From the NCBI GenBank assembly GCA_949287425.1, contig CASEGJ010000010.1, forward strand, positions 1,343-65,342: DNA of 64,000 bases, written 5' to 3'. This DNA is from an uncultured Bacillales bacterium (lineage in GTDB: Bacteria; Bacillota_I; Bacilli_A; RFN20; CAG-288). The notes under the pieces are model-generated. The model had not been told where the DNA came from. It made no database searches and saw nothing but the letters and a program-made list of their open reading frames with translations. Of the stretch, positions 40,301-49,083 are shown one piece after another. The number at the start of each line of letters is the position of its first letter. Positions within the stretch are counted from its first letter, which is position 1. Both the position numbers and the translations under genes were made by a program.

Positions 40301-42543
40301 GGTATGGTCAATTAGTCGATGGCGAATATAGTTTAGTTGACGAAGATGGTGAGATAACTATCATTAATTCTCAAATTGATAGCGATGGTGAAATTTCAAA
40401 AATCGCTAATTTATTTGACTTAGTTAAGCAGACTAGAATTAACGAATTTGATTTTGATTATTCTAAAGATTTAACACCAGCAATATTTGACGAAATGTTA
40501 ACTTGTATAAATTCATCTAAAGTATTAAATACTTGTCTAGCTTCTATTATTAACTATGCTAGTGAAAAAGTCGGAAGTGTTTATATAGGTACTATCGATA
40601 ATGAAGATCAATATATGGATTTTGATTCTTTAGATTCTAGTTTGTTATATCAAATGACTCAGCAAGAAAGAGAAAAAGAAATTGATTGTTTAGTTGAAAT
40701 ATATGAATTTATTTATAATAGACAAGTTGAGACATTTAAAAACATTTTAAGAAGTGATGGTACTATCGGAGTAAGTCAAGCGCAAATTGGTATTATTGAA
40801 AATCTTTTAAACTCTTTAGTTAATTTAAAAATGGCAAATAGTATAAAACAAGGGTATTCAATTTCGCTATTTGACGATTGTATTTCTAAATTGCTAAATC
40901 TTTCAAGTATCGATCAAATTATTACTAATGCGAGTGATGCTAAAACTGCAAAGATTATGATGCTACCATATATCAATCAGATAAGTCGCAATACTTCGCT
41001 AGAATTTACTTGGAAATTTTCGTGTTCAAGTCAAGATGTAGATGATTCAGCAACTTCTGAAAGATACAATTATGTAATTAGCAATAAAACTTCTCAAATT
41101 TTAGCAATCACAAAACTAATTAGATATGCTAGAGCCAACAATTTAAAGATTGACTTTACTTCAAATTTAAGTGATATAAATAGTATTACAGGTGATAATT
41201 TGCATTTTATCTTAACTAGTTTTAATGAGTCTTATTTATTTCACAGCGGAGTTTCTAGATTATTTAAAGTCATGTTTGAAAATTTATCTTTTGATAAGTA
41301 TTTAGTTGATGGGTATGGTAATCAATTAGTCTTAGATTTTAACACTCATACTAAATTTGATGCTAATTTAGTTGATAGCAATCAAATAGAAGGTGAAAAT
41401 ATTGAGTATTGGCAAAGAAATATAGATTCTTTGGTTGATTTATATTCTTCATTGATTGATTTAATAGAGGAAGGGGAATTAAACTTAGATAATATTCAAA
41501 TTGGTATTGGAGAAGGTAAAATAGCTAGTTATGATATAATTTCACCTTTATCTAAGATGCCATTATTCAATCAAAAACGCGAATATTTAATTTATAATTT
41601 ATTAATTAATAATCAGAGTGTTGACTTTAATATTCAATCGTATATTAGACCATATCCAAATATTGTTAGTGATGATGAAGCTGTGATATTTGAAATGAAA
41701 GTTGCTAGAATTAGAAATCTCTTATTTAAAGACGGCATAGATGATAGTGAGGTTAAGATACAATGTAATATTTTAGATAATATGGTAACTTATGCTGATA
41801 AATTAACTAACGTTAGTTTTGAAGGTGATTCTATATTAAATATTGATAATCAGGAAGTTAATTTATCTGATTATATTTACGATATTATTATGTCAAGTTT
41901 TAGTTATCAAGTAAGTAATAATCAACTTGTTTCATATCAAAGAGGATATTTATCTCAAGAAATTCTATCTAATATTATCGTCGATACTTTAAGTAAAATA
42001 TTGCCTGATAATTTAGAATTACAATCGTTATTTTTCAAACAAGAAGGCTCAGTATTTGATGTGGATTATCGTTATTTAAATCCAATTGAAGCTAACGGAA
42101 TTAAAGGTTTAATTAAATTGTCTTCTTTCGATAGTGAATATTTTGCTGATTCTAATAATAAATCTAATAATTATAAAGAATTTGCTGACGCAATATCATT
42201 ACTAGGCCGCAATATAGAAAAGGAAGATAAATTCGTTTATCCAGGAACTAGTAATGATGATATAGTTTTCTTAGGAAATTTTGAAAATGATTTAACTTTG
42301 AAAAAATATTTTGCTAAAAATCAGCCAAATCAACGATTAGTTAATTCGCGTTTAGCCATTATTTTATTTGAAAATTATGCTAGTAAAGTTATTTTAGGTG
42401 AATATCAAGGTCAACAGATTAATTTATCTCAAGCGATAGATGTTATTAATAGTCTTTCATCTAGTAAAATTGATTTTGAAAATACGCCATTTGAAGATTC
42501 AGCAGATGCTATAGTTCAATTTATCATTTCAATTAATAGTTAA
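37390..42543 (+). CDS. giant membrane-anchored acidic helical-repeat protein with CvpA-like N-terminus
   Basis: 4 N-terminal TM segments (FRG..R; HRLLSGLEG) then ~1500 aa D/N/S/I/L-rich repeats; SD GGAGGAG before ATG 37390. Confidence 0.75.
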   Translation: MMLILADLQQILNYVNWNYLFLFLLLGTLIGGIWALFRGIYRTTCKYIVEGILIVILVLCMPGIVNQLTSLDFSQWFNYSIQIQPAQGELVSVQFTSVDKTIVDIINALGLIESTSNPALYQTAIGLVHSALGLVLLIVGMILVVIITPVLTWLIYLVTFVVFVSKDRRKNKKHRLLSGLEGAICGTLIAAMFISPLSSMLSLASQAADEINKSTTQDGTSTIENKDFQAILNLLASYNDSAYYSTISFGNSDPSSVLDNKLMTQVTETTINGVNTSIYDELGSLINLLTSLSDAFTFSDETGNLTVSIDYDKLVLPETISSALDSITTWKTIMYIVPALAEIGFNILDGQTSTDMLDSVDLSNVNWNDTISNIKEIYYQLYQTGLIDSYLVPMLEGDKNSSFKIDFTKRENYKKAVLLVVNSDLIKNNLPNILANAARSMNVDYISSLSYKYANLNYDNLFSNIIDFIFYSLEFLDIDTLSNDVSWSSIIDTIFERLSNPDNTNNVKVLICGGQLILNNSQTGEVDTYDYDGLLSIDLFSKEKGIVDVSQMLVDVAAQIEGINEYISDDDLVYIGNFISDSDKLKDEIGYVIDVSSSILTLNDLIEQNGNKIDFSNQEVIDCMNELLDQAQKTQLISKIMPNVIENLLSNQLELNQTLFGLKIYDLDFEPVDSSNNPIFITEMKKIIEILPDIDELSKLVNDSDSSTSELLKKLDLVKLENILNVILENKILNPVKNLSGGNGEVYQVNNYNFNTLLKGIFNSSNFSNSGFYLPEDLSNITWLGENGEVKNLIRVLEFAKENSYLFENKNLTINDIPAGAISTLFSLVNSSSLLKSSLPSILQTNLSSSLSGLGVSVNFYAITNWEKEGQAFEEVIANLKNLPSTDFSQIDWFSLDANQVNNLLVSLAKMELFGIQKDNSGRTIDKFGNLVYYILSKSNDIKEILGDGFSIDNFSRVDQNGQIKSGFENWYGQLVDGEYSLVDEDGEITIINSQIDSDGEISKIANLFDLVKQTRINEFDFDYSKDLTPAIFDEMLTCINSSKVLNTCLASIINYASEKVGSVYIGTIDNEDQYMDFDSLDSSLLYQMTQQEREKEIDCLVEIYEFIYNRQVETFKNILRSDGTIGVSQAQIGIIENLLNSLVNLKMANSIKQGYSISLFDDCISKLLNLSSIDQIITNASDAKTAKIMMLPYINQISRNTSLEFTWKFSCSSQDVDDSATSERYNYVISNKTSQILAITKLIRYARANNLKIDFTSNLSDINSITGDNLHFILTSFNESYLFHSGVSRLFKVMFENLSFDKYLVDGYGNQLVLDFNTHTKFDANLVDSNQIEGENIEYWQRNIDSLVDLYSSLIDLIEEGELNLDNIQIGIGEGKIASYDIISPLSKMPLFNQKREYLIYNLLINNQSVDFNIQSYIRPYPNIVSDDEAVIFEMKVARIRNLLFKDGIDDSEVKIQCNILDNMVTYADKLTNVSFEGDSILNIDNQEVNLSDYIYDIIMSSFSYQVSNNQLVSYQRGYLSQEILSNIIVDTLSKILPDNLELQSLFFKQEGSVFDVDYRYLNPIEANGIKGLIKLSSFDSEYFADSNNKSNNYKEFADAISLLGRNIEKEDKFVYPGTSNDDIVFLGNFENDLTLKKYFAKNQPNQRLVNSRLAIILFENYASKVILGEYQGQQINLSQAIDVINSLSSSKIDFENTPFEDSADAIVQFIISINS

Positions 42544-42544
42544 T

Positions 42545-43111
42545 ATGTATGTAATTAAAAGAAATTTAACTTCGCAAATTGAAGTTAAAAAAAGCAAATT
42601 TATAACGTATATCTTTCAAGTTGATTCTAAAAATGTTGTAAAAGAGAAATTAAATTTTATTAAACAAGAGCATTTACAGGCTAAACATATTTTATATTGT
42701 TATTTATTGAAAGATAATTCCATGGAAGCAAGTGAAAATAAAGAACCGATATCAAGCATGCATAAATGTTTAGATTTATTGACTAAGAAAGACTTAAAAA
42801 ACATTTTGTGTATAGTTGTTAGATATTTTGGCGGAATTGAATTAGGCGCTAGCAATTTAGATAGGACTTATATTAATTGCATTTTCAATTTGCTAACAGA
42901 TGATAATATTCAACAAGAGGTAGTTTACTATGAATATTATATAAAGTTTAAAAACAGTTATTATGCTTTAATTAAAAAAAGATTGGAAGTTGCTAATGCT
43001 AAAATTTTAGAAAGGGAATTTAATTTAGATTTAGTCAATATAAAATTAAAAATTTCACATTTACCTGATGATATTTTGCCGTATTTAATTCAGGTAAAAA
43101 AGATATTGTAG
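42545..43111 (+). CDS. YigZ/IMPACT family protein
   Basis: EVKKSKFI, AKH, EP, VVRYFGGIELG. Confidence 0.9.
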   Translation: MYVIKRNLTSQIEVKKSKFITYIFQVDSKNVVKEKLNFIKQEHLQAKHILYCYLLKDNSMEASENKEPISSMHKCLDLLTKKDLKNILCIVVRYFGGIELGASNLDRTYINCIFNLLTDDNIQQEVVYYEYYIKFKNSYYALIKKRLEVANAKILEREFNLDLVNIKLKISHLPDDILPYLIQVKKIL

Positions 43112-43114
43112 CTG

Positions 43115-43123
43115 TGGTATAAT
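43115..43123 (+). promoter_or_regulatory. extended -10 promoter for mrp/HEPN-CBS
   Basis: TGGTATAAT 17 nt before the mrp ATG. Confidence 0.6.
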
Positions 43124-43140
43124 TTTACGAGGGATTTTTT

Positions 43141-43989
43141 ATGGAAAAAGATGAAAAATTAAGTGAAAATTGCGACGAAAAATGTTCTTCTTGTCCGCTT
43201 CATGGAAAATGTGCCAAAGAAGAAATAAAAAAAGAAAAGATGGAGCAACATTCTTCTGCTAAAAAGATTATCGGTATCTTGTCTGGAAAAGGTGGAGTAG
43301 GCAAGTCTTTTGTCAGTTCTTATCTAGCTGTTTTACTAGCGAGAAAAGGTTATAAAGTCGGTATTTTGGATGCAGATATTACTGGCCCTAGTATTCCTTA
43401 TGCATTTGATTTAAAATATCAAGCATTAGCTAATAACGAAGGAATAATTTTACCTGGTTTATCAAATAAATATAAAATTAGAATAATATCTTCCAATATG
43501 CTTTTAGCTAATCAAGATGATCCAATAATGTGGAAAGGACCACTAATTGGGGATTTGGTTATTCAATTTTTTACCAAGGTCTATTTTGGAGAATTAGATT
43601 ATCTATTAATCGATATGCCTCCTGGGACTAGTGATGTAGCTTTAAGTGTCTTCCAACAAATTCCATTAGATGGTATTGTTACTGTTACTACTCCTCAATC
43701 ATTAGTATCTTTAATTGTTGAAAAAGCTAGTAATATGTCAGTTAAAATGAATGTTCCTATTTTAGCTTTAGTTAATAATATGGCTTATATTAAATGTCCT
43801 AAATGCTCAGAAAAAATTTATATGTATGGGCAAGCTAATAGTGATATTGCTAGTCAATATAATATTCCTATTAGTATCGATGTTCCTTTTGATAGAGATA
43901 TTTCATCATTTATAGATGCGGGGAGAGTAGAAGACCTAAGTGTCGATTATTTAGATAGGTTAGCTGCTTATTTAATTGGAGAAAATTAA
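43141..43989 (+). CDS. mrp: Mrp/NBP35 (ApbC) Fe-S carrier ATPase
   Basis: N-terminal Cys cluster, SGKGGVGKS, DADITGPS, DMPPGT, CPKC. Confidence 0.94.
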   Translation: MEKDEKLSENCDEKCSSCPLHGKCAKEEIKKEKMEQHSSAKKIIGILSGKGGVGKSFVSSYLAVLLARKGYKVGILDADITGPSIPYAFDLKYQALANNEGIILPGLSNKYKIRIISSNMLLANQDDPIMWKGPLIGDLVIQFFTKVYFGELDYLLIDMPPGTSDVALSVFQQIPLDGIVTVTTPQSLVSLIVEKASNMSVKMNVPILALVNNMAYIKCPKCSEKIYMYGQANSDIASQYNIPISIDVPFDRDISSFIDAGRVEDLSVDYLDRLAAYLIGEN

Positions 43990-43990
43990 T

Positions 43991-44722
43991 ATGTCAAATG
44001 ATTATGCTAATAAGTTTTTAAATCGTTTTAAAGATTTAGAAGAGAAATTAGTTTCATTATCTAATTTAAAAGGAGGATATATCGGTTATTCTCGCGCTTT
44101 AGATGAATGTAGGAAAAGACAAAAAATACCTCTTTTAAAATCAAATGATATATATCAGTTTTTACGTACTGCTTCTGATTTAAGAAATATTCTTTCACAT
44201 CAAAATAATGTATGTATTCCAACCGAAGGATTTTATAAAAAATTTGATGATATTGCTGAAGAAATAATTAATCCTTTGGATGCGTATGATATTTGTGTTC
44301 CTAAAAATAAAATTGTCTATGCACAATTAGGTTCAAATGTGAATGATATTATAGAAATGATGATTGAATCTCACCTTTCACATGTCCCAGTTATGGAAAA
44401 AGGAAGAGTAATTGGCGTTTTTTCTCAATCGACTTTTTTTCAATATGCTTATTTACATAAGTCTTTAAAATTAGATGATACTTTTACTATAAGAGATTTC
44501 ATTAACGTTGGAGAATATAATGGAATTAACGATAATTTCTTATTCGTCGATAGAAATTTAAAAGCGTATAAATTAGTTCAATATCTCTATAAGAAAAATC
44601 CATCTGAAAAAAGGACAAGTGTTTTATTTATTACTGAGCATGGTAAACCAGATGAAGAATTATTAGGTTTAATTACGCCTGTTGATATATTAAAGATTTC
44701 GCTATATAAAGAAAATATATAA
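43991..44722 (+). CDS. HEPN-like + tandem CBS domain protein
   Basis: Helical N-terminal region with LE..L and RNILSH; SHVPV..GRVIGVFS and LLGLITPVD CBS motifs; start after SD GGAG. Confidence 0.8.
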   Translation: MSNDYANKFLNRFKDLEEKLVSLSNLKGGYIGYSRALDECRKRQKIPLLKSNDIYQFLRTASDLRNILSHQNNVCIPTEGFYKKFDDIAEEIINPLDAYDICVPKNKIVYAQLGSNVNDIIEMMIESHLSHVPVMEKGRVIGVFSQSTFFQYAYLHKSLKLDDTFTIRDFINVGEYNGINDNFLFVDRNLKAYKLVQYLYKKNPSEKRTSVLFITEHGKPDEELLGLITPVDILKISLYKENI

Positions 44723-44731
44723 TGATTTCAT

Positions 44732-44761
44732 AAAAAAATTTCTAGCAGTTGCTAGAAATTT
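44732..44761. terminator. bidirectional terminator between convergent genes
   Basis: AAATTTCTAGCA/TGCTAGAAATTT inverted repeat. Confidence 0.8.
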
Positions 44762-44764
44762 AAT

Positions 44765-45124
44765 TTAGAATTTTTTGTTCCACAAACCGTGCAAATTGCA
44801 ATATTCATACGCTGCAATAACTTTTTCATCGTCATCAATAGTAAATATCGCTATTGGTTTTTCATTAGCAGTTAAATGTTTATGCAAAATTCTTTTATCA
44901 GTTTCTAAGAAAATATCTTGAATTAAATGTTCTTCAGTCATCGGATGTAAGATTGAACCAACTGTAACATTGATTTCATTTTGGTTAGCAGTAATTACAG
45001 GGACGTGTTTTTCACCTTTTTCTTCTTTTTCATCGTGACAAACTAATAATTCAGCTTTTCTATTTGTGTCTTCGTTTTTAAATGCTTCTAAAATGTTTTT
45101 AGAATTTTTGTAGATATATAGCAT
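44765..45124 (-). CDS. superoxide reductase (desulfoferrodoxin-like, lacking centre I)
   Basis: EKHVP, HPM..EH, CNLHGLW ligands; SD GGAGG before ATG 45124. Confidence 0.92.
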   Translation of the reverse strand: MLYIYKNSKNILEAFKNEDTNRKAELLVCHDEKEEKGEKHVPVITANQNEINVTVGSILHPMTEEHLIQDIFLETDKRILHKHLTANEKPIAIFTIDDDEKVIAAYEYCNLHGLWNKKF

Positions 45125-45244
45125 GTTTTTAACCTCCAAAAATATTATTGCACGAAAAAAGCTTTGCTGCAAATTATTTGCATTATAAATAAATCCTAAA
45201 AAATAAAAAGTTTGCAATGAGTTGCAAACATAGAATCAATATAG

Positions 45245-45321
45245 TGGTGACCCAGGGGGGACTCGAACCTCCGACCCACAGCTTAGAAGGCTGTTGCTCT
45301 ATCCAACTGAGCTACTGGGCC
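45245..45321 (-). tRNA. tRNA-Arg(UCU)
   Basis: GGCCCAG/CTGGGTC, ACAGC-CTTCTAA-GCTGT, D-loop AGTTGGATA, ACCA. Confidence 0.98.
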
Positions 45322-45447
45322 ATACATTTAGACTGCTTAATTAGTCTATATAATCCGATGCAAAAAATCAAGAAAAAAATCATTTTTTCAAAAAAATTTG
45401 TATATGGTATACTTTATAGTAACGATTTTATAGATATGGAGGAAAAC

Positions 45448-46461
45448 ATGATAGTTAGAAATGATGAATATTACATTCAATTAAAGCGTGAATTTAAAGC
45501 GATATTTAAACAAATAAAATTAGCTGAAAGAATAGTTATTTTTCGTCATGAGTCACCTGATTTTGATGCTTTAGGAACTCAAATGGGACTATATGAATAT
45601 ATTAAAAAGTGGTGGCCCGAAAAGGAAGTTCACTATGTGGGAGATAATTCTAAAACATACATGCCAAGAATCTTTCCATATAGTGAGATATTGGATGAAT
45701 CTTTTTATACTAAGCCGTATTTAGCTATTGTTGTAGATGTTGGTGATACTAAAAGAATATCGATGAAAAATTTTAAAAATGCCACGTGTATTATTAAAAT
45801 TGATCATCATCCTGAAGTTGAAAGATTTGCTAATATTTCATGTGTTCATCCTGAAATGTGTGCTGCTAGTGAACTAACTTGTTTATTATTAGAATCTATG
45901 GGTGGAAGAAGATATCCATTAAATAAAGAAGCCGCAAGATATTTCTATATAGGTATTGTTGGAGATTCAGGTAGATTTATGTATCCTGAAGTTTCTTCAA
46001 TGTCTATGCGTTTAGCTGCTGATTTACTCGATACTGGTATAAACAAAGAGGAAATTTATCACCAAATGTATTTGACTAGCCAAGATGAATTTAATATGAA
46101 AAAGCACATATTGACTAGCTATAAAATTACTCAAGGTGGAACGTGTTATTATATTGTTAATGATGAACAACTTAAACAATTTAATTTAGAAGTAAGCGAT
46201 ACAAAAGTTGGAATTGAATTGTTTAGAAATCTCGAGGGAATAAAAGCTATCGTTACTATTACTCAAGATATAAGTAAAAACGAATATAGAGTATCATTGC
46301 GTTCTAATCAAAAGCCAGTTAATAAGGTCGCTAGTATGTATAATGGTGGTGGGCATGTTTTTGCGGCTGGTTGTAGATTAAAATCTCTTGAACAGCTTCC
46401 AGGATTATTAAAAGCTGTCGACGAATTAAATGAGGTGGATGCTAATGCTACAGATTTCTAA
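45448..46461 (+). CDS. nrnA: DHH/DHHA1 phosphoesterase (NrnA/Pde2-like)
   Basis: HESPDFDA, VDVG, IDHH, GIVGDSGRF, GGGH..AAG; start after SD GGAGG. Confidence 0.92.
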   Translation: MIVRNDEYYIQLKREFKAIFKQIKLAERIVIFRHESPDFDALGTQMGLYEYIKKWWPEKEVHYVGDNSKTYMPRIFPYSEILDESFYTKPYLAIVVDVGDTKRISMKNFKNATCIIKIDHHPEVERFANISCVHPEMCAASELTCLLLESMGGRRYPLNKEAARYFYIGIVGDSGRFMYPEVSSMSMRLAADLLDTGINKEEIYHQMYLTSQDEFNMKKHILTSYKITQGGTCYYIVNDEQLKQFNLEVSDTKVGIELFRNLEGIKAIVTITQDISKNEYRVSLRSNQKPVNKVASMYNGGGHVFAAGCRLKSLEQLPGLLKAVDELNEVDANATDF

Positions 46462-48040
46462 TCTTTCAATGCAATTTGGTGGTAGAGTCTTATTTAAAGA
46501 TGTAAACATCAATTTTACTAGTGGTGAATGTTATGGAATAATTGGCGCAAATGGTGCTGGAAAATCAACTTTATTAAAAATTATATCTGGTGAAATAGAA
46601 CCGACTAGTGGTCAAGTTGTTATTTCTGATAAAGAGAGAATGTCAGTTTTAAAGCAAGACCATAACGCCTATGATAATCAGGAAGTTTTAAGAACGGTCT
46701 TATTAGGTCACAAACGTCTAGTAGAAATAATGGATCAAAAAGAAGAATTGTATTCTAAACTTGACTTTAATGAAGAAGATGGTGAATTGGCAGGTCAATT
46801 AGAAAATGAATTTGCTGAATTAAATGGCTGGAATGCTGAATCAGATGCCGAGACATTATTAAATTCTCTAGGTGTTGATTCTTCATATCATCATTTAAAA
46901 ATGAAAGAACTCGATTCTAGGTTAAAAGTTAAAGTTTTGTTAGCTCAAGCTTTGTTTGGTAATCCAGATATTCTAGTTTTGGATGAACCAACTAACAATC
47001 TCGACGCTCATGCTTGTCACTGGTTGGAAGAATTTTTAATTGATTTTCCAAATACAATTTTGATAGTTTCTCACGATAGATATTTCTTAAATAGAGTTTG
47101 CACCCGAATTTTGGATGTAGATTACAATCAGATTAATCAATTTATAGGCAATTATGATTTTTGGTATTCTTCATCTCAATTAATTCAAAGACAAATGAAA
47201 GAGCAAAATAAGAAAAAGGAAGAAAAAATTAAAGAATTAAAAGAATTTATCGCTAGGTTTTCAGCTAACGCTTCAAAATCTAGGCAAGCAACTTCTAGAA
47301 AAAAGGCTCTTGAAAAGATTGAATTAGATGATTTAAGACCATCATCTAGACGCTATCCATTTATCGATTTTAAATCCGAATATAACATCGGTAATGATGT
47401 TTTAAAATTAGAAGATATTTCTATTACTGGATTTATAAGAGATTTAAACATCAATTTTGTCAATACTGATAAAGTAGCTATAATTGCTGAAAATAATTTA
47501 GCAGTTAGCAAATTTATGGATTGTTTAATGGAAAAAAGCAATTTTGACAAGGGAAAATATAAATTTGGGATTACTATTCATAAAAGTTATATTCCTTCAT
47601 CATTAGAAGAATTTAATGATGTGGATTTGAGTTTAGTTGATTACTTGCGACCATATGCTAAGGTTAAAACAGATTCTTATATTCGTTCATATTTAGGTAG
47701 AATGTTATTTTCAGGTGAAGAAGCTTTAAAACCAGTTAAAGTTCTTTCTGGTGGAGAAAAAGTCAGGTTGAGATTTGTAAAAATTATGTTAGATCCTGGT
47801 AATTTAATTATGTTAGATGATCCAACTAATCACCTTGATCTAGAATCTATTGAATCTTTAAATAGAGCGATGAGCGAAACTAAAAGCGTACTGCTATTTT
47901 CTTCTCACGATAGACAGTTATTAAATTCTATTGCTAATAGAATTTTATATATTAAGGAAGATGGAACTTGTATTGATAAATATATGAGTTATGATGAATT
48001 TGAAGAAGATTACTATTCTAAAACAGGTAAATCAATCTAA
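46445..48040 (+). CDS. ABC-F family ATPase (YbiT/YkpA-like)
   Basis: GANGAGKST, LDEPTNNLD, SHDR, ARFSANASK linker, LSGGEK; second Walker A degenerate. Confidence 0.93.
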   Translation: MLQISNLSMQFGGRVLFKDVNINFTSGECYGIIGANGAGKSTLLKIISGEIEPTSGQVVISDKERMSVLKQDHNAYDNQEVLRTVLLGHKRLVEIMDQKEELYSKLDFNEEDGELAGQLENEFAELNGWNAESDAETLLNSLGVDSSYHHLKMKELDSRLKVKVLLAQALFGNPDILVLDEPTNNLDAHACHWLEEFLIDFPNTILIVSHDRYFLNRVCTRILDVDYNQINQFIGNYDFWYSSSQLIQRQMKEQNKKKEEKIKELKEFIARFSANASKSRQATSRKKALEKIELDDLRPSSRRYPFIDFKSEYNIGNDVLKLEDISITGFIRDLNINFVNTDKVAIIAENNLAVSKFMDCLMEKSNFDKGKYKFGITIHKSYIPSSLEEFNDVDLSLVDYLRPYAKVKTDSYIRSYLGRMLFSGEEALKPVKVLSGGEKVRLRFVKIMLDPGNLIMLDDPTNHLDLESIESLNRAMSETKSVLLFSSHDRQLLNSIANRILYIKEDGTCIDKYMSYDEFEEDYYSKTGKSI

Positions 48041-48042
48041 TT

Positions 48043-49002
48043 TTAATCTAGTAATAAAGAATATATATTAGTTATTTCATCTATTTCTTCTTGGCTATTA
48101 TGTTCATATCTAATAGCCTTTTTAATTTGGCTATTTTCATAGTAGATTAAACTTGGGACCCAGCCATTAATGTTTTCTGAGTTTAGTCCAAATTCGGATT
48201 GAAATTCATTCCATATACTGGGATTTTCATTTTTTTGTTGTCTAAAATATGAAGTTTCAAAGCAATATATTTCACCAGAGTAATTTTTAGAAAATTCAAA
48301 AAGGAAATTGGAATAAAGGTTTGCACAATCAATACAGCGATTCCAAACAAAAAAGACGGCAATTTTTCTTTTGGAATTGATAAATTCTTTTAATTGTGAA
48401 TAGCTGGTGTAATCGATAGATACAAAATTAGAATCGTTATTAGTTGATGAAGTTATATTGTTTAAATAGTAGATTCTTTCATCAGAAAAAAAGCGATGTA
48501 ATGCAATGGTAAAATAGTCTAACGATTGATAATATGAATCGACTAATGGATTAACTTGGGCATTAACCTTACCATCTTTATTTGAATAATAAATAAAAGT
48601 TGGATAACTAGCTATATATGGGAAATAGCTGTTGTAGTTTGAGTCTTTAGAATATATATCATAAAGTTCATTTTTATAAGTAGTATAGTTAATTCCATAA
48701 ATTAAAACATTATCCTGTTTAGCTAATTGAGCGATATAATATTCAACATTTTGACAAGTTTGACAATCCAATGAATAAATCATAACTAAAAAATTATTGC
48801 TACTTGAATGATTTGATGATAAAAGGGTAACTTTATCTAGATATTCTTGGCTAGTTAGATTAACTAAGCTAGTTACAAATTTATTTCTAGGTAAAAAATT
48901 TTTACCAACATAGCTTTCAACTTCGCTGATACTACATGAATTTAAAGCAAGTAAACTTGTGCTAATTAAAGATAATTTTAATGATTTTTTAATTAATTTC
49001 AC
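48043..49002 (-). CDS. lipoprotein with two thioredoxin-like domains
   Basis: Lipobox LNSC; CQTC..YPTF and CIDC..VPSL; GTG start. Confidence 0.8.
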   Translation of the reverse strand: MKLIKKSLKLSLISTSLLALNSCSISEVESYVGKNFLPRNKFVTSLVNLTSQEYLDKVTLLSSNHSSSNNFLVMIYSLDCQTCQNVEYYIAQLAKQDNVLIYGINYTTYKNELYDIYSKDSNYNSYFPYIASYPTFIYYSNKDGKVNAQVNPLVDSYYQSLDYFTIALHRFFSDERIYYLNNITSSTNNDSNFVSIDYTSYSQLKEFINSKRKIAVFFVWNRCIDCANLYSNFLFEFSKNYSGEIYCFETSYFRQQKNENPSIWNEFQSEFGLNSENINGWVPSLIYYENSQIKKAIRYEHNSQEEIDEITNIYSLLLD

Positions 49003-49025
49003 ATTTATATTTTAAAAAAACAGTT

Positions 49026-49053
49026 AAAAAAAACAAGAGGGAAAGTCCCTCTT
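49026..49053 (-). terminator. ackA terminator
   Basis: CAAGAGGGA/TCCCTCTTG stem, A8 tract on + strand. Confidence 0.88.
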
Positions 49054-49083
49054 GAATGATTTTAGGATAAATTATGATTGAAA

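Noticed and set aside
45217-45447. N-terminal extension of the 414-aa ORF, and ORF 35076-35363
   Set aside because: These overlap tRNA-Arg and tRNA-Gly respectively; the real nrnA start is ATG 45448 with an SD.
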